Positions 39,782-53,442 of a DNA stretch of 64,000 nucleotides are shown here, in pieces. The DNA lies in the NCBI GenBank assembly GCA_964016885.1, contig OZ024760.1, positions 2,976,001 to 3,040,000 on the forward strand, given 5' to 3'. Origin of the DNA: Eledone cirrhosa (Eukaryota). The notes beneath the pieces are model-generated. The model was not told the origin of the DNA and did not search any database. It was given only the letters and a program-made list of their open reading frames with translations. The position numbers and the translations under genes were made by a program. Positions within the stretch are counted from its first letter, which is position 1, and the number at the start of each line of letters is the position of its first letter.

Positions 39782-40847
39782 TTTGACCAGAAAGAGGTGA
39801 AAGAATTCTGGCCTGTTACAGCTGGTTTGACCAGAAAGAGGTGAGAGAATTCTGGCCGGTTACAGCTGGTTTGACCAGAAAGAGGTGAGAGAATTCTGGC
39901 CGGTTACAGCCAGTTTGACCAGAAAGAGGTGAGAGAATTCTGGCTGGTTACAGCTGGTTTGACCAGAAAGAGGTGAGAGAATTCTGGCTGGTTACAGCCG
40001 GTTTGACCAGAAAGAGGTGAGAGAATTCTGGCCGGTTACAGCCGGTTTGACCAGAAAGAGGTGAGAGAATTCTGGCCGGTTACAGCCGGTTTGACCAGAA
40101 AGAGGTGAGAGAATTCTGGCCAGTTACAGACAGTTTGAACAGAAAGAGGTGAGAGAATTCTGGCCGGTTACAGCCAGTTTAACCAGAAAGAGGTGAGAGA
40201 ATTCTGGCCGATTACAGCTGGTTTGACCAGAAAGAGGTGAGAGAATTCTGGCCGGTTACAGCCAGTTTGAACAGAAAGAGTTGAGAGAATTCTGGCCGGT
40301 TACAGCTGGTTTGACCAGAAAGAGGTGAGAGAATTCTGGCCGGTTACAGCTGGTTTGACCAGAAAGAGGTGAGAGAATTCTGGCCGGTTACAGCTGGTTT
40401 GACCAGAAATAGGTGAGAGAATTCTGGCCGGTTACAGCTGGTTTGACCAGAAATAGGTGAGAGAATTCTGGCTGGTTACAGCCAGTTTGACCAGAAAGAG
40501 GTGAAAGAATTCTGGCTGGTTACAGCTGGTTTGACCAGAAAGAGGTGAGAGAATTCTGGCCGATTATAGCTGGTTTGAGCAGATAGAGATGAGAGAGTTC
40601 TGGCCGGTTACAGCTGGTTTGACCAGAAAGAGGTGAGAGAATTCTGGCCGGTTACAGCCAGTTTGACCAGAAAGACGTGAGAGAATTCTGGCCAATTACA
40701 GCCAGTTTGAACAGAAAGAATTGAGAGAATTCTGGCCGATTACAGCCAGTTTGAACAGAAAGAGGTGAGAGAATTCTGGCCGATTACAGCCAGTTTGAAC
40801 AGAAAGAGTTGAAAGAATTCTGGCCGGTTTAAACGCTAAAGGGTTAA
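39782..40847 (+). repeat. 44-bp satellite (about 24 copies) ending in the piggyBac-MITE right TIR
   Basis: (tttgaccagaaagaggtgagagaattctggccggttacagctgg)n, then taaacgctaaagggTTAA. Confidence 0.92.
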
Positions 40848-41099
40848 ATAATAAGTTAACTTAATCTTTGATAGATTACCTCTGCCATTCTGACATTTCT
40901 TACAGTGGTTGTGATACCATCCCACTCCATTCCATGCCATTCTCTTCTGTTCCATTCTTTTTCATGTCTTCCTGTCTGTCAATTTACTGAAATATCTGCT
41001 AATAAATAATCCCTTGATTTGATTTTAGACACAGCCAGCTGGAATGGTGTTTTGCTGAAGGAGATCTTACTCTCATAAATATATTTGAAGTCATCTCCT

Positions 41100-41815
41100 T
41101 CATCACTGTTGTTGTTGTTGTTGTAGTTGTTGTTGCCAGTGTCATCAGCTTTATTATTGCCGTCTTCATCATCGCCATCATCATTGTCATCATTGTCATC
41201 ATTATTGTTGCTGGTGCCATTATGATCACTGTCATTATCATCAATATCATTGCTGTCATCTTTGTCATCGCCGTCAACATTGTCATCATAAACATCATCA
41301 TTGTCATCATCACCATCATCGTTGTCATCACCATCATTATCATTGCTGTCATCTTTGTCATCGCCGTCAACATTGTCATCATAAACATCATCATTGTCAT
41401 CATCACCATCATCGTTGTCATCACCGTCATTATCATTGCTATCATCTTTGTCATCGCCGTCAACATTGTCATCATCACCATCATCATTGTCATCATCACC
41501 ATCATTATTGTCATCACCGTCATTATCATCAATATCATTGTTGTCATCTTTGTCATCGCCGTCAACATTGTCATCATTGTCAACATTGTCATCATCACCA
41601 TCATCGTTGTCATCACCGTCATTATCATCAATATCATTGCTGTCAACTTTGTCATCGCTGTCAACATTGTCATCATCACCACCATTATTGTCATCATCAC
41701 CATCATCGTTGTCAGCACCGTCATTATCATCATCATCATCATCAGCTTCAGCATCATCCACCAAGTCATTCACTTAATTAGCATCATCATTGATTCCATC
41801 ATCATCATTACCATT
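41100..41815. repeat. (CAT/GTC)-rich trinucleotide low-complexity tract
   Basis: Degenerate CAT repeats with longer-period reduplications. Confidence 0.9.
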
Positions 41816-41870
41816 ATTTAATCTGTGCTAATAATAAATATTTGCTCTACAGGTTTATATATATATATAT

Positions 41871-42350
41871 GAAGGTGCATGGCTTAGTGGTTAGAGCAGT
41901 GGGCTTGCAATTGAGAGGTTGCGAGTTCAATTCTCAGACAGGGTGATGCATTGTGTCCTTGAGCAAGACACTTTAATTCACGTTATTTCAGTTTACTCAG
42001 CTGTAGAAATGAGTTGTGACGTCACTGGTGCCAAGCTGTATTAGTCATTACCTTTCCCTTGGACAACATCATATATATACCGTACATAGTGTATATATAC
42101 AGTACATAGTGTATATATACCGTACATAGTGTGTATATAATATATATATGGTGTATATATCACTTGTGACGTCACTGGTGCCAAGCTGTATTAGTCATTA
42201 CCTTTCCCTTGGACAACATTGGTGGTGTGGAGAGGGGAGACTGGTATACATGGATGACTGCTGGTCTTTCACAAACAACCTTGCCTGGACTTGTGCCTCA
42301 GAGGGGAACTTTCTAGGTACAAACCCCTGATCATTCGTGACCAAGTGGGG
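41871..42350 (+). mobile_element. CORE-type SINE with a different tail, interrupted by a minisatellite and a 56-bp duplication
   Basis: tRNA head and CORE-like domain. 42014-42069 is repeated at 42164-42219. Confidence 0.75.
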
Positions 42351-42476
42351 CCCAAAAACATACTAACAAAATTATCGATGTAATGTCTGAGAAGATCAGA
42401 AACAATGACATAAAAAAGAATCTAAGGAATAAATCCAGGCATTTATTAATAATTAAATTAAAGGTTGATTGATATT

Positions 42477-42710
42477 CTAAGGCGGGTAAAATTCCCGAGA
42501 TCCATGGACGAGTTCTCTCCAGCGGTCTCTGTCCCTCATTATCGCTGCCATGTCCTGCGTCTCCAACAGACTAGTGTCTGTCCTTAGGGCATCAACATAC
42601 CTTGGTCTTCCTCTTCTAGTGTGTCCATGTAGAGGCTCCCAAAGGAGCACTGAGTGCAATGTCAACTCTGGATGTTGGTGAGCATGTCCAGCTAACCTCA
42701 GTCTCCTCTG
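42477..42710 (-). mobile_element. RTE-like LINE 3' end (shorter copy at 35178-35301)
   Basis: RRLRLAGHAHQHPE...LLWEPLHGHTRRGRP...MRDRDRWR. Confidence 0.8.
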
Positions 42711-43096
42711 TGATATATATATATGTATAAAATAATAAACATATCAAATATTGACAGGGGATAATTTGTAAAAAGTGTAGAAACCTACCCAGAAACAGTC
42801 CTATATGAGTAAGACACGGTCACCTGACCCAACTTACCTCAAATGGGATGACCTGTCTAACCCATGCTAGCATGGAAAATGGACATTAAACGATGATGAT
42901 GATGATATATGTATGTATATTTGTATATGCAATGGTCCTCTTCAGAGTTTCCCCTCTACCAAATTTCACTTGCAGGGAATTGGTTAATCCAGACGTTTGC
43001 CCTAAATGCCACACAACCATGTTAGCGCCATGGTCACTCTTGCAATGTTTAACCCTTTCTACCTTCATCTCCCTTGTTGTCTGAATTACATTACAG

Positions 43097-43154
43097 TAAC
43101 GATGACTTTTCACTTGGAACTTCTGGTCATACTGACAGGGATGAAAACATGAAG
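43097..43154 (+). CDS. ENPP: ENPP-family exon E (position of the GxHGYDN motif, here GTSGHTD)
   Basis: ttacag| ... |gtaagt. NNDDFSLGTSGHTDRDENMK versus ENPP1 CGSGFHGSDNVFSNMQ. Phase 2 to 0 fits both neighbours. Confidence 0.82.
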
Positions 43155-43167
43155 GTAAGTTTACCTA

Positions 43168-43597
43168 AGTTATATATGTCTACGGCTTTTTTTCAATACA
43201 CTGACACATATGTGTATATGAATGTGTGTGTGTGTGTATGTGCATATGCATACATTTATATGTATGAGTGTATAAATATTAACATGTAAACAGACGCACT
43301 TACAAAATTACACATTCAGACATACATTCGCACAAACACACAAATACATTCGCACAAACACACAAATACATTCACACAAACACACACATACATTCACACA
43401 CACACAAATACATACACACATACACATACACACGTACACAGCATAACAAATGGAACGCCAGCTGCTATTTTGCTATAGTTTTTTCCCCACCCCCTTCCTT
43501 CCTTTTACACACACATACATTCACACAGACAGCAGATGTAAAGAGAGAGAGGAGTAGTATGAGGTAGTCAAACTACTCCTCTCTCTTTACGTGTTGT
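43168..43597 (-). mobile_element. Second copy of the hairpin-headed repeat
   Basis: Reverse complement of 23386-24166 with fewer 20-bp units. Confidence 0.7.
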
Positions 43598-44024
43598 AAA
43601 AACAAGAAAGATTTCCCCTCCAAAGTGAAACCTTAGTAATATTCATCTCCTAAATAAAACCATGGTAACAGGTGTAATATTCCCCTCCAAAGTGAAACCT
43701 TAGTAATATTCATCTCCAAAGCGAAACAGGTGTAATATTCCCCTCCAAAGCGAAACAGGTGTAATATTCCTCTCCAAAGCGAAAATATTTTAACACCTGA
43801 TTTACATAAAATTTGAAGGTGGTGAAATATTGACCTCAAATGAGTTGAAAACCCCATTTTACCATCAAATGTTTTTGTCACATATTCCTCGACTTATATA
43901 CAAGTATATAAATTATATATAGATTCTTTCTAAAAAATAAAACTATCATTTTTCCTGTTTTCTTTCTTTACTTCCTCTTGTCTATCTTCTTATTTCTTGC
44001 TCTCCCTCTCCCCCTCTCTATCTC

Positions 44025-44071
<47 letters not shown>

Positions 44072-44353
44072 TAAATGAATTGCCAGTGGCTACTGACATA
44101 TCTGTGACATGTTTGTAGAGCAAAAGAGAGAAAAATAATTTTTTTATAACAAATAAATTATTTGTTCTTTGATAGTGAGGCTTTCAAATGTTTATTATTT
44201 CTCAAACTTAATCAAAGGGTGGTAGATTGGTTGGTTAACTTTACCTTTCATCCTTCTAGGTTCAATAAAAATAAAGTACCATAAACGCACTGGTATTGAT
44301 TTAATCAACTTTTTTCCTTTCCCTAAATTGCTCGTCTTGTACCTCATATATAA

Positions 44354-44962
44354 TTGTTTCTACTATTGGCACAAGGCCAGCAATTATCCAGTACATTACT
44401 GGTACTTTATTTTATCGACCCCGTAAGGATGAAAGGCAAAGTTAACCTTGGCGGGATTTGAACTCAGAATGGCAAGGGCCGTAACTCTATGTGTCAAAGC
44501 ATGGCGTCCGATCCTCTACCAATACTGCCAATCCACCGTGTACCTCATATTTAATGATTAGAGAACTGCGAGACTGTGTCCAATTATTTTACATCATGTT
44601 ATAAGTTGAATTACTTTGACTAACTCATTAATAGATATTATGTAATTTATCTAATAAATCTCTTAGCTTTTGATTAAACATAAATAATATTATATATAAT
44701 CTATTGTTTATATCAAGATTCACTTCTGTTAAAACTTTCAAATGTCAATTTACATTAGCCTTCATTATATCATGGCAGTGGATTGGCAGTATCGGTGGAG
44801 GGTCGAACACCATGCTTTGACACATAGAGTTACGGCCCTTGCCATTCTGAGTTCGAATCCCGCCAAGGTTAACTTTGCCTTTTATCCTTATGGGGTCGAT
44901 AAAAATAAAGTACCAGTAATGTACTAGGTAATTGCTGGCCTTGTGCCAAAAGTGGAAACAAT
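44354..44962. mobile_element. Divergent pair of S1 SINEs (44354-44519 minus, 44775-44962 plus)
   Basis: Consensus matches in opposite orientation, about 255 bp apart. Confidence 0.8.
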
Positions 44963-45421
44963 TATATCATAACGTTTATATATTCCCATCGTTATATCTT
45001 AATGTTTATATATTCCCATCGTTATATCATAACGTTTATATATTCCCTTCGTTATATCTTAACGTTTATATATTCCCATCGTTATATCTTAATGTTTATA
45101 TATCAAAACCTTTATATTTCCATTGCTAATCTCAATTTCTCCTTTTTCGTTTTCATAACATTTAGCCGTAATACCGTTTATATAATATCATCTTTTTAAA
45201 ATATATCATGGATTACTTTACTGACTACAGAAGAAAATGTAACACAGTGTTTGTTCAATTTCTGTGCATATCGTCAATTTACTTTTCAATATACATATCA
45301 TATCTATATACATATATATTTGTGTATAATATCAATATGCACACTATATATGCTAGCAAAAACCGCCCTAAGCGTGGTTTTTCTGCTAGTCTGTATAATA
45401 GATTTTGTTTCTATTTTCAAG

Positions 45422-45509
45422 GCTATTTTCATTGCAATTGGACCAGATTTTAAAGAAAGGCTAGAGATTGAACCATTTGAAAATGTGGAACTCTACAACA
45501 TGATGTGTG
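45422..45509 (+). CDS. ENPP: ENPP-family exon F
   Basis: ttcaag| ... |gtttgt. [29 protein letters not shown] matches the conserved A.F...GP.FK......FENIEVYNLMC motif. Phase 0 to 1. Confidence 0.95.
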
Positions 45510-46138
45510 GTTTGTATTAGTTGTAATGTTTTTGTCTTTTGTTTGGTTTTGTATTATTTGCCTTAAAATTCATAGCAAAAGACCTTCAAAATGTTTTTAA
45601 ATAAACATACAATATATTGTTAAATATACGATACATACATTCATATGTATATCACTATTTCAGAGCACCAATACAAATTTCTAATCGATGCAGGGTCAGC
45701 AACTGCTTTGTATGCAAATGAGTTTTAACAGCCCATAAACATAATTGGAATTCTATAAGGATTCAGCTTCGATAGCTTCAGCAAAATTGAAGGGATATGT
45801 AGTGTTGATAATCACTAAGAAGTGAGAAATGGAGTCATCGTCAATTACATCCTCCTGCCTTTGCTGAAGCTAGGTATGTGACGTTTGTCACTACCATAAA
45901 ATTCATAGTGGAAGGCCTTCCAAATGTTTGTAAATAAACATACAGTATATTGTTAAATACACAATACATACATTCATATGTATATTGTTACTTCAGAGCT
46001 CCAACACAAATTACTTGTAATGTTTTTCTGTTTTGTTTATTTGTGCTTCTCACCATATTGTAGTTTTTATCGCCTTCTTCGTGCCATTTACAAATCTATG
46101 AGATTTTGATGTTATTTATTTTGAGGACAGTACCTTAA

Positions 46139-46359
46139 CCCTTTAGCATTTACATTACTCTACATTTACTGTTGTATTTTCACAGTAAACACTTTATTTA
46201 ACATAATTATCTCACACAATATCGAATCTATGAGATTTTAGTATTATTTATTTTGAGAACAATACCTGAACATAAGTATGAATGGCCGGTTATGGTCAGT
46301 TTGATCAGAAAGAGGTGAGAGAATTCTGGCCGGATATGGCCGGTTTAAATGCTAAAGGG
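46139..46359. mobile_element. piggyBac-like MITE, 221 bp
   Basis: TTAA|CCCTTTAGCATTTA ... TAAATGCTAAAGGG|TTAA: perfect 14-bp TIR, CCC/GGG ends, TTAA target duplication. An extra right-end copy lies at about 46376-46456. Confidence 0.9.
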
Positions 46360-46635
46360 TTAATGTAGGTATGCGTGGTCAGTTACAGCCAGTTTGAGCA
46401 AATAGAGGTGAAAAATTCTGGCCAGATATGGGCCAGTTTAAATGCTAGAGGGTTAATGCTAGTGCCATGAAAAAATATACTGATTAGAGCGTGGGAACAT
46501 ATGTAAGCAAGATGGAGGACTTCAGCTCATCTGAGCACTCCAGGACTCATCTGAGAAGTCAGAAGCTTTGTATCAGCATTAATTCAGTCTGTGACAACAC
46601 ATCCAACTCTTGTTAGAAGGGAAAACGGATATTAA

Positions 46636-46809
46636 ATGATGACAACCACCACCGCCATCACCATCACCAACAACAACAACAACACTGCCATCACCACCAC
46701 CACTGTAAGCCTCACCACATCCACCAACACCACCATCATCACCACCACCACAACTGACACCCTCACCATCATCATCACCACAAACACTATCACTGTCACC
46801 AACAACAAC

Positions 46810-46841
<32 letters not shown>

Positions 46842-47298
46842 CAACACCAACAACACCACCAACAACACCACCACCAACAACACCACCAACAACAACAACA
46901 CCACCACCAACAACACCACCAACAACAACACCACCACCAACAACACCACCAACAACACCAACAACAACAACACTACCACCAACAACACCACCAACAACAA
47001 CAACACCAACAACAACACCTCCAACAACACCGTCACCGTCATCACTATCACCACCACCACCACCACCAACAACAACACCACAACCAACAACACCACCACC
47101 ACCAACAACAACAACACTAACACCACCAATAACACCACCACCAACAACAACACCTCCAACAACACCGGCACCGTCATCACCACCACCACCACCACCAACA
47201 ACAACACCTCCAACAACACCACCACCAACAACAACACCTCCAACAACACCACCACCAACAACAACACCTCCAACAACACCGGCACCGTCATCACCACC

Positions 47299-47329
<31 letters not shown>

Positions 47330-48430
47330 CCACCAACACCACCACCATCATCATCAGCAGCAGCACCACCACTACGACTGAGACCACCACCACCACTACT
47401 AATACCCTCACCACCACCACCACCATCACCACCACCACCACCACCACCACCCAGCCCCCTGGCAGACATGTAAGACACACAGCTTCCAGTTTATTACCTG
47501 AGACTTTCAAAATTTAGTAAACATCACAGCCCCCCCCCCCTCCGGATGTAGTGGAGCTGGGGGTGGGGCTAGTTATTTTATTTTATATATTTTTGTTATC
47601 TAGTTTTATTTTGTATATTTTTATAACATGCCAGATCATTCTTTCAAATTGCTTTTCTCTCCCTCTCTCTTTCTTTCTCTCCTTCTCTCTCTCTCTTTCT
47701 CTACCTATCTCCCCTTCTCCCTCCCACATCTCCCACTGCTTCTTTCTCTCCCCCTCTCTTTCTCCCTCTCTTTCCCTATCTCCGCCTCTCTCTCTCTCCT
47801 CTCCCCTTCTCTCTCCCTCTTTCTCCCTGTCTCTTTCCCTCCCTTCCCTCTCCCTCTCTCTCTACCTATATTAACCCCCCCCTCTCTCTCTCTCTCTCCA
47901 GGACACTTAATATATTCTTCCCTTTAGTTTCTCATTGCTCCAACTCCCCTCCTACAGCCCCTGATTCACCCCTCACCTCCACCACATCACCACCACCACC
48001 AACAACACCATCACCACCAACAACACCATCACCACCAACAACAACATCACCACCAACAACACCATCACCACCAACAACAACACCATCACCACCAACAACA
48101 ACACCATCACCACCAACAACAACACCATCACCACCAACAACAACACCATCACCACCAACAACAACACCATCACCACCAACAACACCATCACCACCAACAA
48201 CACCATCACCACCAACAACACCATCACCACCAACAACACCATCACCACCAACAACACCATCACCACCAACAACACCATCACCACCAGCACCACCAACAAC
48301 ACCACCACCACCAGCACCACCAACAACACCAGCACCACCAACAACACCAGCACCACCAACAACACCATCACCTTCCTAACTACTACCCAAAGAACCCCAA
48401 ACAACACCACCACCACCACCACCACCACTT
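46636..48430. repeat. (CAC/CAA) trinucleotide tracts separated by a CT-rich tract
   Basis: Low-complexity sequence, including a 15/18-bp repeat at 47985-48370. Confidence 0.9.
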
Positions 48431-48806
48431 CCCCATACCTCCACCATTGTTTACCATTGGGAGTTTTATTTATTGACAAATATGGGGGTGGAGTAGGGGC
48501 TAGAGAGGGGAGGTGGTGGAGTAGGGGGTTGGGAAGGGCAGTGGTAGTTTCTCATTTCCTGACAGCCCCACCCCACCGCTTGAGAATAAAAGAATAGCCT
48601 TTGGTGGACCAATTCCTTGTGAAGAAAATCTGGTAGAAAGAAACTGTTTGGAAGCCCAATATATATATATTGTAAAGTGGTTGTGTAGGTGACACAACAA
48701 AAAGCACCCAGTCTATACTGTAAAGTGATTTCATATGAATGAAACAGTTCTAGTCCTGTAGAAGTCATTTCTATATATAATAAAGATACATACATATGTG
48801 TGTATA

Positions 48807-49133
48807 TCATTTCATTCATTTCATTTCATTTTACGTCCACTTTTCCCTGCTTGCAAGGGTGGGACGGGAACTGATTCTGGCTTGATTTCTACAGCTGGAT
48901 GCCCTTCCTAACACCAACCTCATTTAGAGTGAATGCTGGGTGCTTTTTTGCCGTGGCACCTCCACGACCACTTTGCAGTGGAATGATAGGGACCCCAGTC
49001 CCTATCATCTCATTTCTACAGCTGAGTAAACTGGAGCAATGTGAAATAAAGTCTCTTGCTCAAGGACACAACACATCACCCGGTCTGAGAATTGAACTCA
49101 CAACCTTTCGATTGCAAGGCCAATTCTCTAACC
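48807..49133 (-). mobile_element. S2 CORE-type SINE
   Basis: Reverse complement of S2. Confidence 0.85.
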
Positions 49134-49491
49134 ATACATAAATATATGCATACACACACATATATATATATATATATATGTATATGCATACATATATATG
49201 TGTGGGTGTATCTAGGGATAGATGGAGAAATAGCTAGATATAGATATATACACATACACACACATCCATATATATATATGCATTACATACACACACACAC
49301 ACATATATATATATATGCATTACATACACATACACACACATCCATATATATATATGCATTACATACACATACACACACATATATATACTTCCATTGTAGT
49401 GTATCTAGTTTTATATGCAAATCGTAATCTTCTGACTGGTTCATCGGCCTTAAGTAGTTGGGAATAAATTAACAACAATCTGTACAGCAGT

Positions 49492-49579
<88 letters not shown>

Positions 49580-50869
49580 ATAGTAGTAGTAGCAGCAGCA
49601 GCAACAGAAGAAGAAGAAATGATAATAATAATATAATGTATATTTGAAAAGATTTGTTGTTTTACATAATTTTTCTCTTGATTTGGAAATTGTTCAAATG
49701 TAATCTTTATCTTGCATGTATTAACCAAAGAATTTACATTACCAATAAACTTTTCCATTCCTTAATAGAACCTTATAATCTGCCAGTGAAATATGTATTA
49801 ACTTGGTAGAAAACTCAATATATGTGTATGATTCTTTTTACATCTAAATAATGAAGGCATGTAGCTTAATGGTTAGAGAATTAGATTCACAATCGTGAGT
49901 TCGTGTGTTTGATTGCTGGACCAGGCCATGTGATATGCCCTCGAGTAAGACACTTTATTTCACATTGTTCCTTCTGCCAGGAGTTGTGATTGGTAGATAG
50001 AATCAGCAATTGAAAGACCAATGGAGCCAAAATATAGACGACAAAGTATCTCAAGTGTGTCAACTAACAAAGAAGGGAGAGAATGGTACACGAGGGCTTT
50101 GCCAAAGGTAGAAAAAATAGAAAAGGTAGAGAAATAGAAAAACAACAAAGGAAGATTTGGATTGCAGTCCTTTCTATTCTTTTCTGTTTTTATATTTCTC
50201 TCCTTTTTATATTTTATTCTCCTTTGGCTAAGCCCTCGCATGCTGTTTAATCCCTTCTTTGTCAGTTGAAACTCTTGGGATCCTCTTTCATTTATATTTG
50301 TGTAAGTTGCCAAAAGACAAATCTTTTCCTGTCTTTGTCTTTGCCTGTTTTGTTACTGTTATCCAATGTGCACTAGAATGAATGGTATCAGTCTTTATGT
50401 TCCAAAAATGTACTGATTTCCAGAACTTGACTGAGAAGAATCTCTCTGTTTTTCCATTGTCTTTGTCCTGTGCATCTCCTATTTTATATATATATATATA
50501 TAAACAAATATATCTCGAATAACAAGTTTGAAACGTAAGTGTATTAGAATTCATATAATAATTGGAAGAACTCAGCGCAAGGGAGCTGTTAAAACAACAA
50601 AATACCATGCATGGTGGCAGTGAGTAAAATTTACCTCAAAGGATAGAAATCAGTGGCTAGAAGTGTGTTGGCTCATAGAAGCAATAGGAAGAAATGAAAA
50701 AGGGATAAAATAGACGAGAAGGGATCTCATAAACATTTAATTTTCTCATCAGTTTTTAGAACGCCTGTGGTTTCAACGATTTAACTAAAAGGACCACTTA
50801 TGTACATAAATACGCACATGTTTAATTATATATATATATATATATTGGCATTCATTAATTGTCTTCTAG

Positions 50870-51051
50870 CATTACTAGGTGTTTCACCAGCCAACAATAA
50901 TGGTACAAGTGGACGATTAGAGGAGGTCCTCAACATAGATTTGAAAACAGAAAAATCCACAATATTTCCTGTAGAGAAATGCCTCATTTCAACCAACTTC
51001 AGTACAATAAAGTCACTCTCTTCCAGTTGCTCTAATTCCTTGGAAATTAAA
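50870..51051 (+). CDS. ENPP: ENPP-family exon G (end of PDE domain and linker)
   Basis: ttctag| ... |gtaagt. ALLGVSPANNNGTSGRLEEVL... matches DLL.L.PAPNNGT.GSL..LL. Phase 1 to 0. Confidence 0.93.
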
Positions 51052-51217
51052 GTAAGTTTCACACTCCACCTTTTCTATTTTCTGTGCATTCTTTTAATTG
51101 TTGACCAGTTTCAGCACTCTCATAAGACCATCTTCAGAGGTATTTGAATTCAAATCCTGCCACGGCCAACTTGACTTTTCATCTTTCCCCAGGGTCAAGA
51201 AAAATAAAGTACCAGCT

Positions 51218-51516
51218 TCCATGCCTTTCGGAAACATTTTTTCACACTCAGAGTTGCTGAAGCATGGAACAAACTACCAGCATCAGTTGTTAGCTGTCGA
51301 GACACTACATCTTTCAAAACTTCCATGCTTCCCAGAATTCGCCAACACTACATCTGATATTCCCCCTCAATACACATGCACGCATGTATCTGTGTGTATA
51401 TCATGACTCATACACTGCTCACTTTCCTGACATTTGTACATTATTCTATGTACTATACATGGACCTTTGATGAGTTGTAGTGCACCTGAGCATTATAGTC
51501 AATAATTTTCATTATT
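51218..51516 (+). mobile_element. CR1/L2-type LINE 3' end, single-unit form of the 9.7-kb array
   Basis: FRKHFFTLRVAEAWNKLPASVVSCRDTTSFKTSML plus the same 3' UTR. Confidence 0.85.
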
Positions 51517-51542
51517 AGTCAGACATCATGCTTTGCAGCTTA

Positions 51543-51975
51543 GAGGCGGTGGATTGGTAGAATCGGTAGAGGGTCAGTCAACGTGCTTATCGACATAGAG
51601 TTATGGCCCTTTGCGTTCTGAGTTCAAATCCTGCCAAGGTTAGCTTTGCCTTTCATCCTTATGGTGTCAATAAAATAAAGCACCAGTAATGTACTGGTGT
51701 TGATTTAATCAACTTTCCCCTCCCCTTCAAATTACTGGCCTTTTGCCTAAAGTAGAAATCATTATTATTATTAAGTACAGAGGGCGGTGGATTGGAAGTA
51801 TCAGCAGAAGGTCGGACGCCATGCTTTGCAGCATAGAGTTACAGCCCTTGCCATTCTGAATACAAATCCCGCCGAGGTTAACTTTGCCTTTCATCCTTAC
51901 AGGGTCAATAAAATAAAGTACCAGTAATGCAGTGGGATAATTGCTGGCCTTGTGCCAAAAGTAGAAACAATTATT
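51543..51975 (+). mobile_element. Two tandem S1 SINEs
   Basis: Consensus matches at about 51543 and 51781. Confidence 0.82.
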
Positions 51976-52132
51976 ATTAAGTACAGAGGTGAATATAATC
52001 AATTGACCCCTTCTCCCAAATTGCTGGCCTTGTGCCAATGTTAGAAAGAATATTTACCCCAGTACTTAACTGGTACTTTATTTTCTCGACCCTGGAGAAG
52101 GATGAAAAGCCAAGTTGCCCTCAATGGGATTT

Positions 52133-52660
52133 GCTGTCAGGGTAGCTACGAAGTAGGCAGACCCAGAAAAACCTGGGACGACTTGATAAAATCTGACCTC
52201 ACACACTTACACCTCTCCAAGACAATGTCACTGGACCGAGATCTTTGCCGCTATGCAGTAATACAGAAAACCCGCCTTGCCTAAGTACAAAGCGAAACCT
52301 ACAGTCAGTAGGCACCTCTTAACCAAAATACACCCCCATCCCACTACTCCTAACCCCACCCCCATCAACACCACCTCTTTCTCTTTAAAGCTATGTTGGT
52401 ACCACAACATCCAGTCCTAAATAAATGAGGTCGTGTAGGTGTCACAACAAAAAACACACAGTCCACGCTGTAATGTGGCCGTGTAGGTAACACAGTAAAA
52501 ACCTCCCAGCCCCACACTGTAAACGTGGTTGGTGTTAGGAAGGGCATCCAGCCGTAGAAAACCTGCCAGACAGTCCTATACGAGCAAGACAACCAATCTT
52601 GCCTCAAGTGGGACAATTCCCGTCCAGACCCATGCTAGCGCGGAAAATGGACATTAAACG

Positions 52661-52690
<30 letters not shown>
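52133..52690 (+). mobile_element. RTE ORF end running into the S3 3' region
   Basis: GRPRKTWDDLIKSDL...DRDLCR...*, then sequence shared with 33898-34270. Confidence 0.72.
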
Positions 52691-52692
<2 letters not shown>

Positions 52693-52988
52693 ATCAGAAA
52701 ATAGAAAGTTTTAACTTGTAAATACCACAAATCATTTTGTTCAATGCTCTTCCGACACTGCCAATCCAGTGTGGGCCCAGCAAAGTGTAGTGGCTGTTCC
52801 AGCACATCTCCCTTGCCATCCTCCAAGGTATTGGCTTGTCTCCTGCTCCTTCATACTATTCTGGTTATTAACATTAAAAGAGTCAGTTGTCTATCTTTAT
52901 CACACATACCCTCTTACATGCTGCTTCACTGCTTCCATTGGTTCTATATTATAATTCTCTTCAAGTTTACTGACATTTTTATTGTGGG

Positions 52989-53071
<83 letters not shown>

Positions 53072-53098
53072 CGCACACACGTACATATATGTACTCGC

Positions 53099-53131
<33 letters not shown>

Positions 53132-53158
53132 CGCACACACATACATATATGTACTCGC

Positions 53159-53194
<36 letters not shown>

Positions 53195-53403
53195 ACACTC
53201 TCACATAAATATATGTATATAAGATGTAATAATAGTTTGTTCGTGTATATATATATATATATATGTGTGTGTGTTTGTGTTTGTGTCTATATATATATAC
53301 GCACACACATACATATATGTACTCGCATAAATATATATATATATATATATACACACTCTCACATAAATATATGTATATAAGATGTAATAATAGTTTGTTC
53401 GTG

Positions 53404-53442
<39 letters not shown>

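Noticed and set aside
40979-41773. Asp-rich 264-aa ORF resembling acidic biomineral proteins
   Set aside because: Antisense (GAT)n-derived intronic tract with several open frames, no signal peptide and a non-ATG start.
46579-47517. Mucin-like Thr/Asn and Gly/Val ORFs (also 62215-63999)
   Set aside because: Trinucleotide low-complexity DNA. Exons F-G and H-I join in phase without them.
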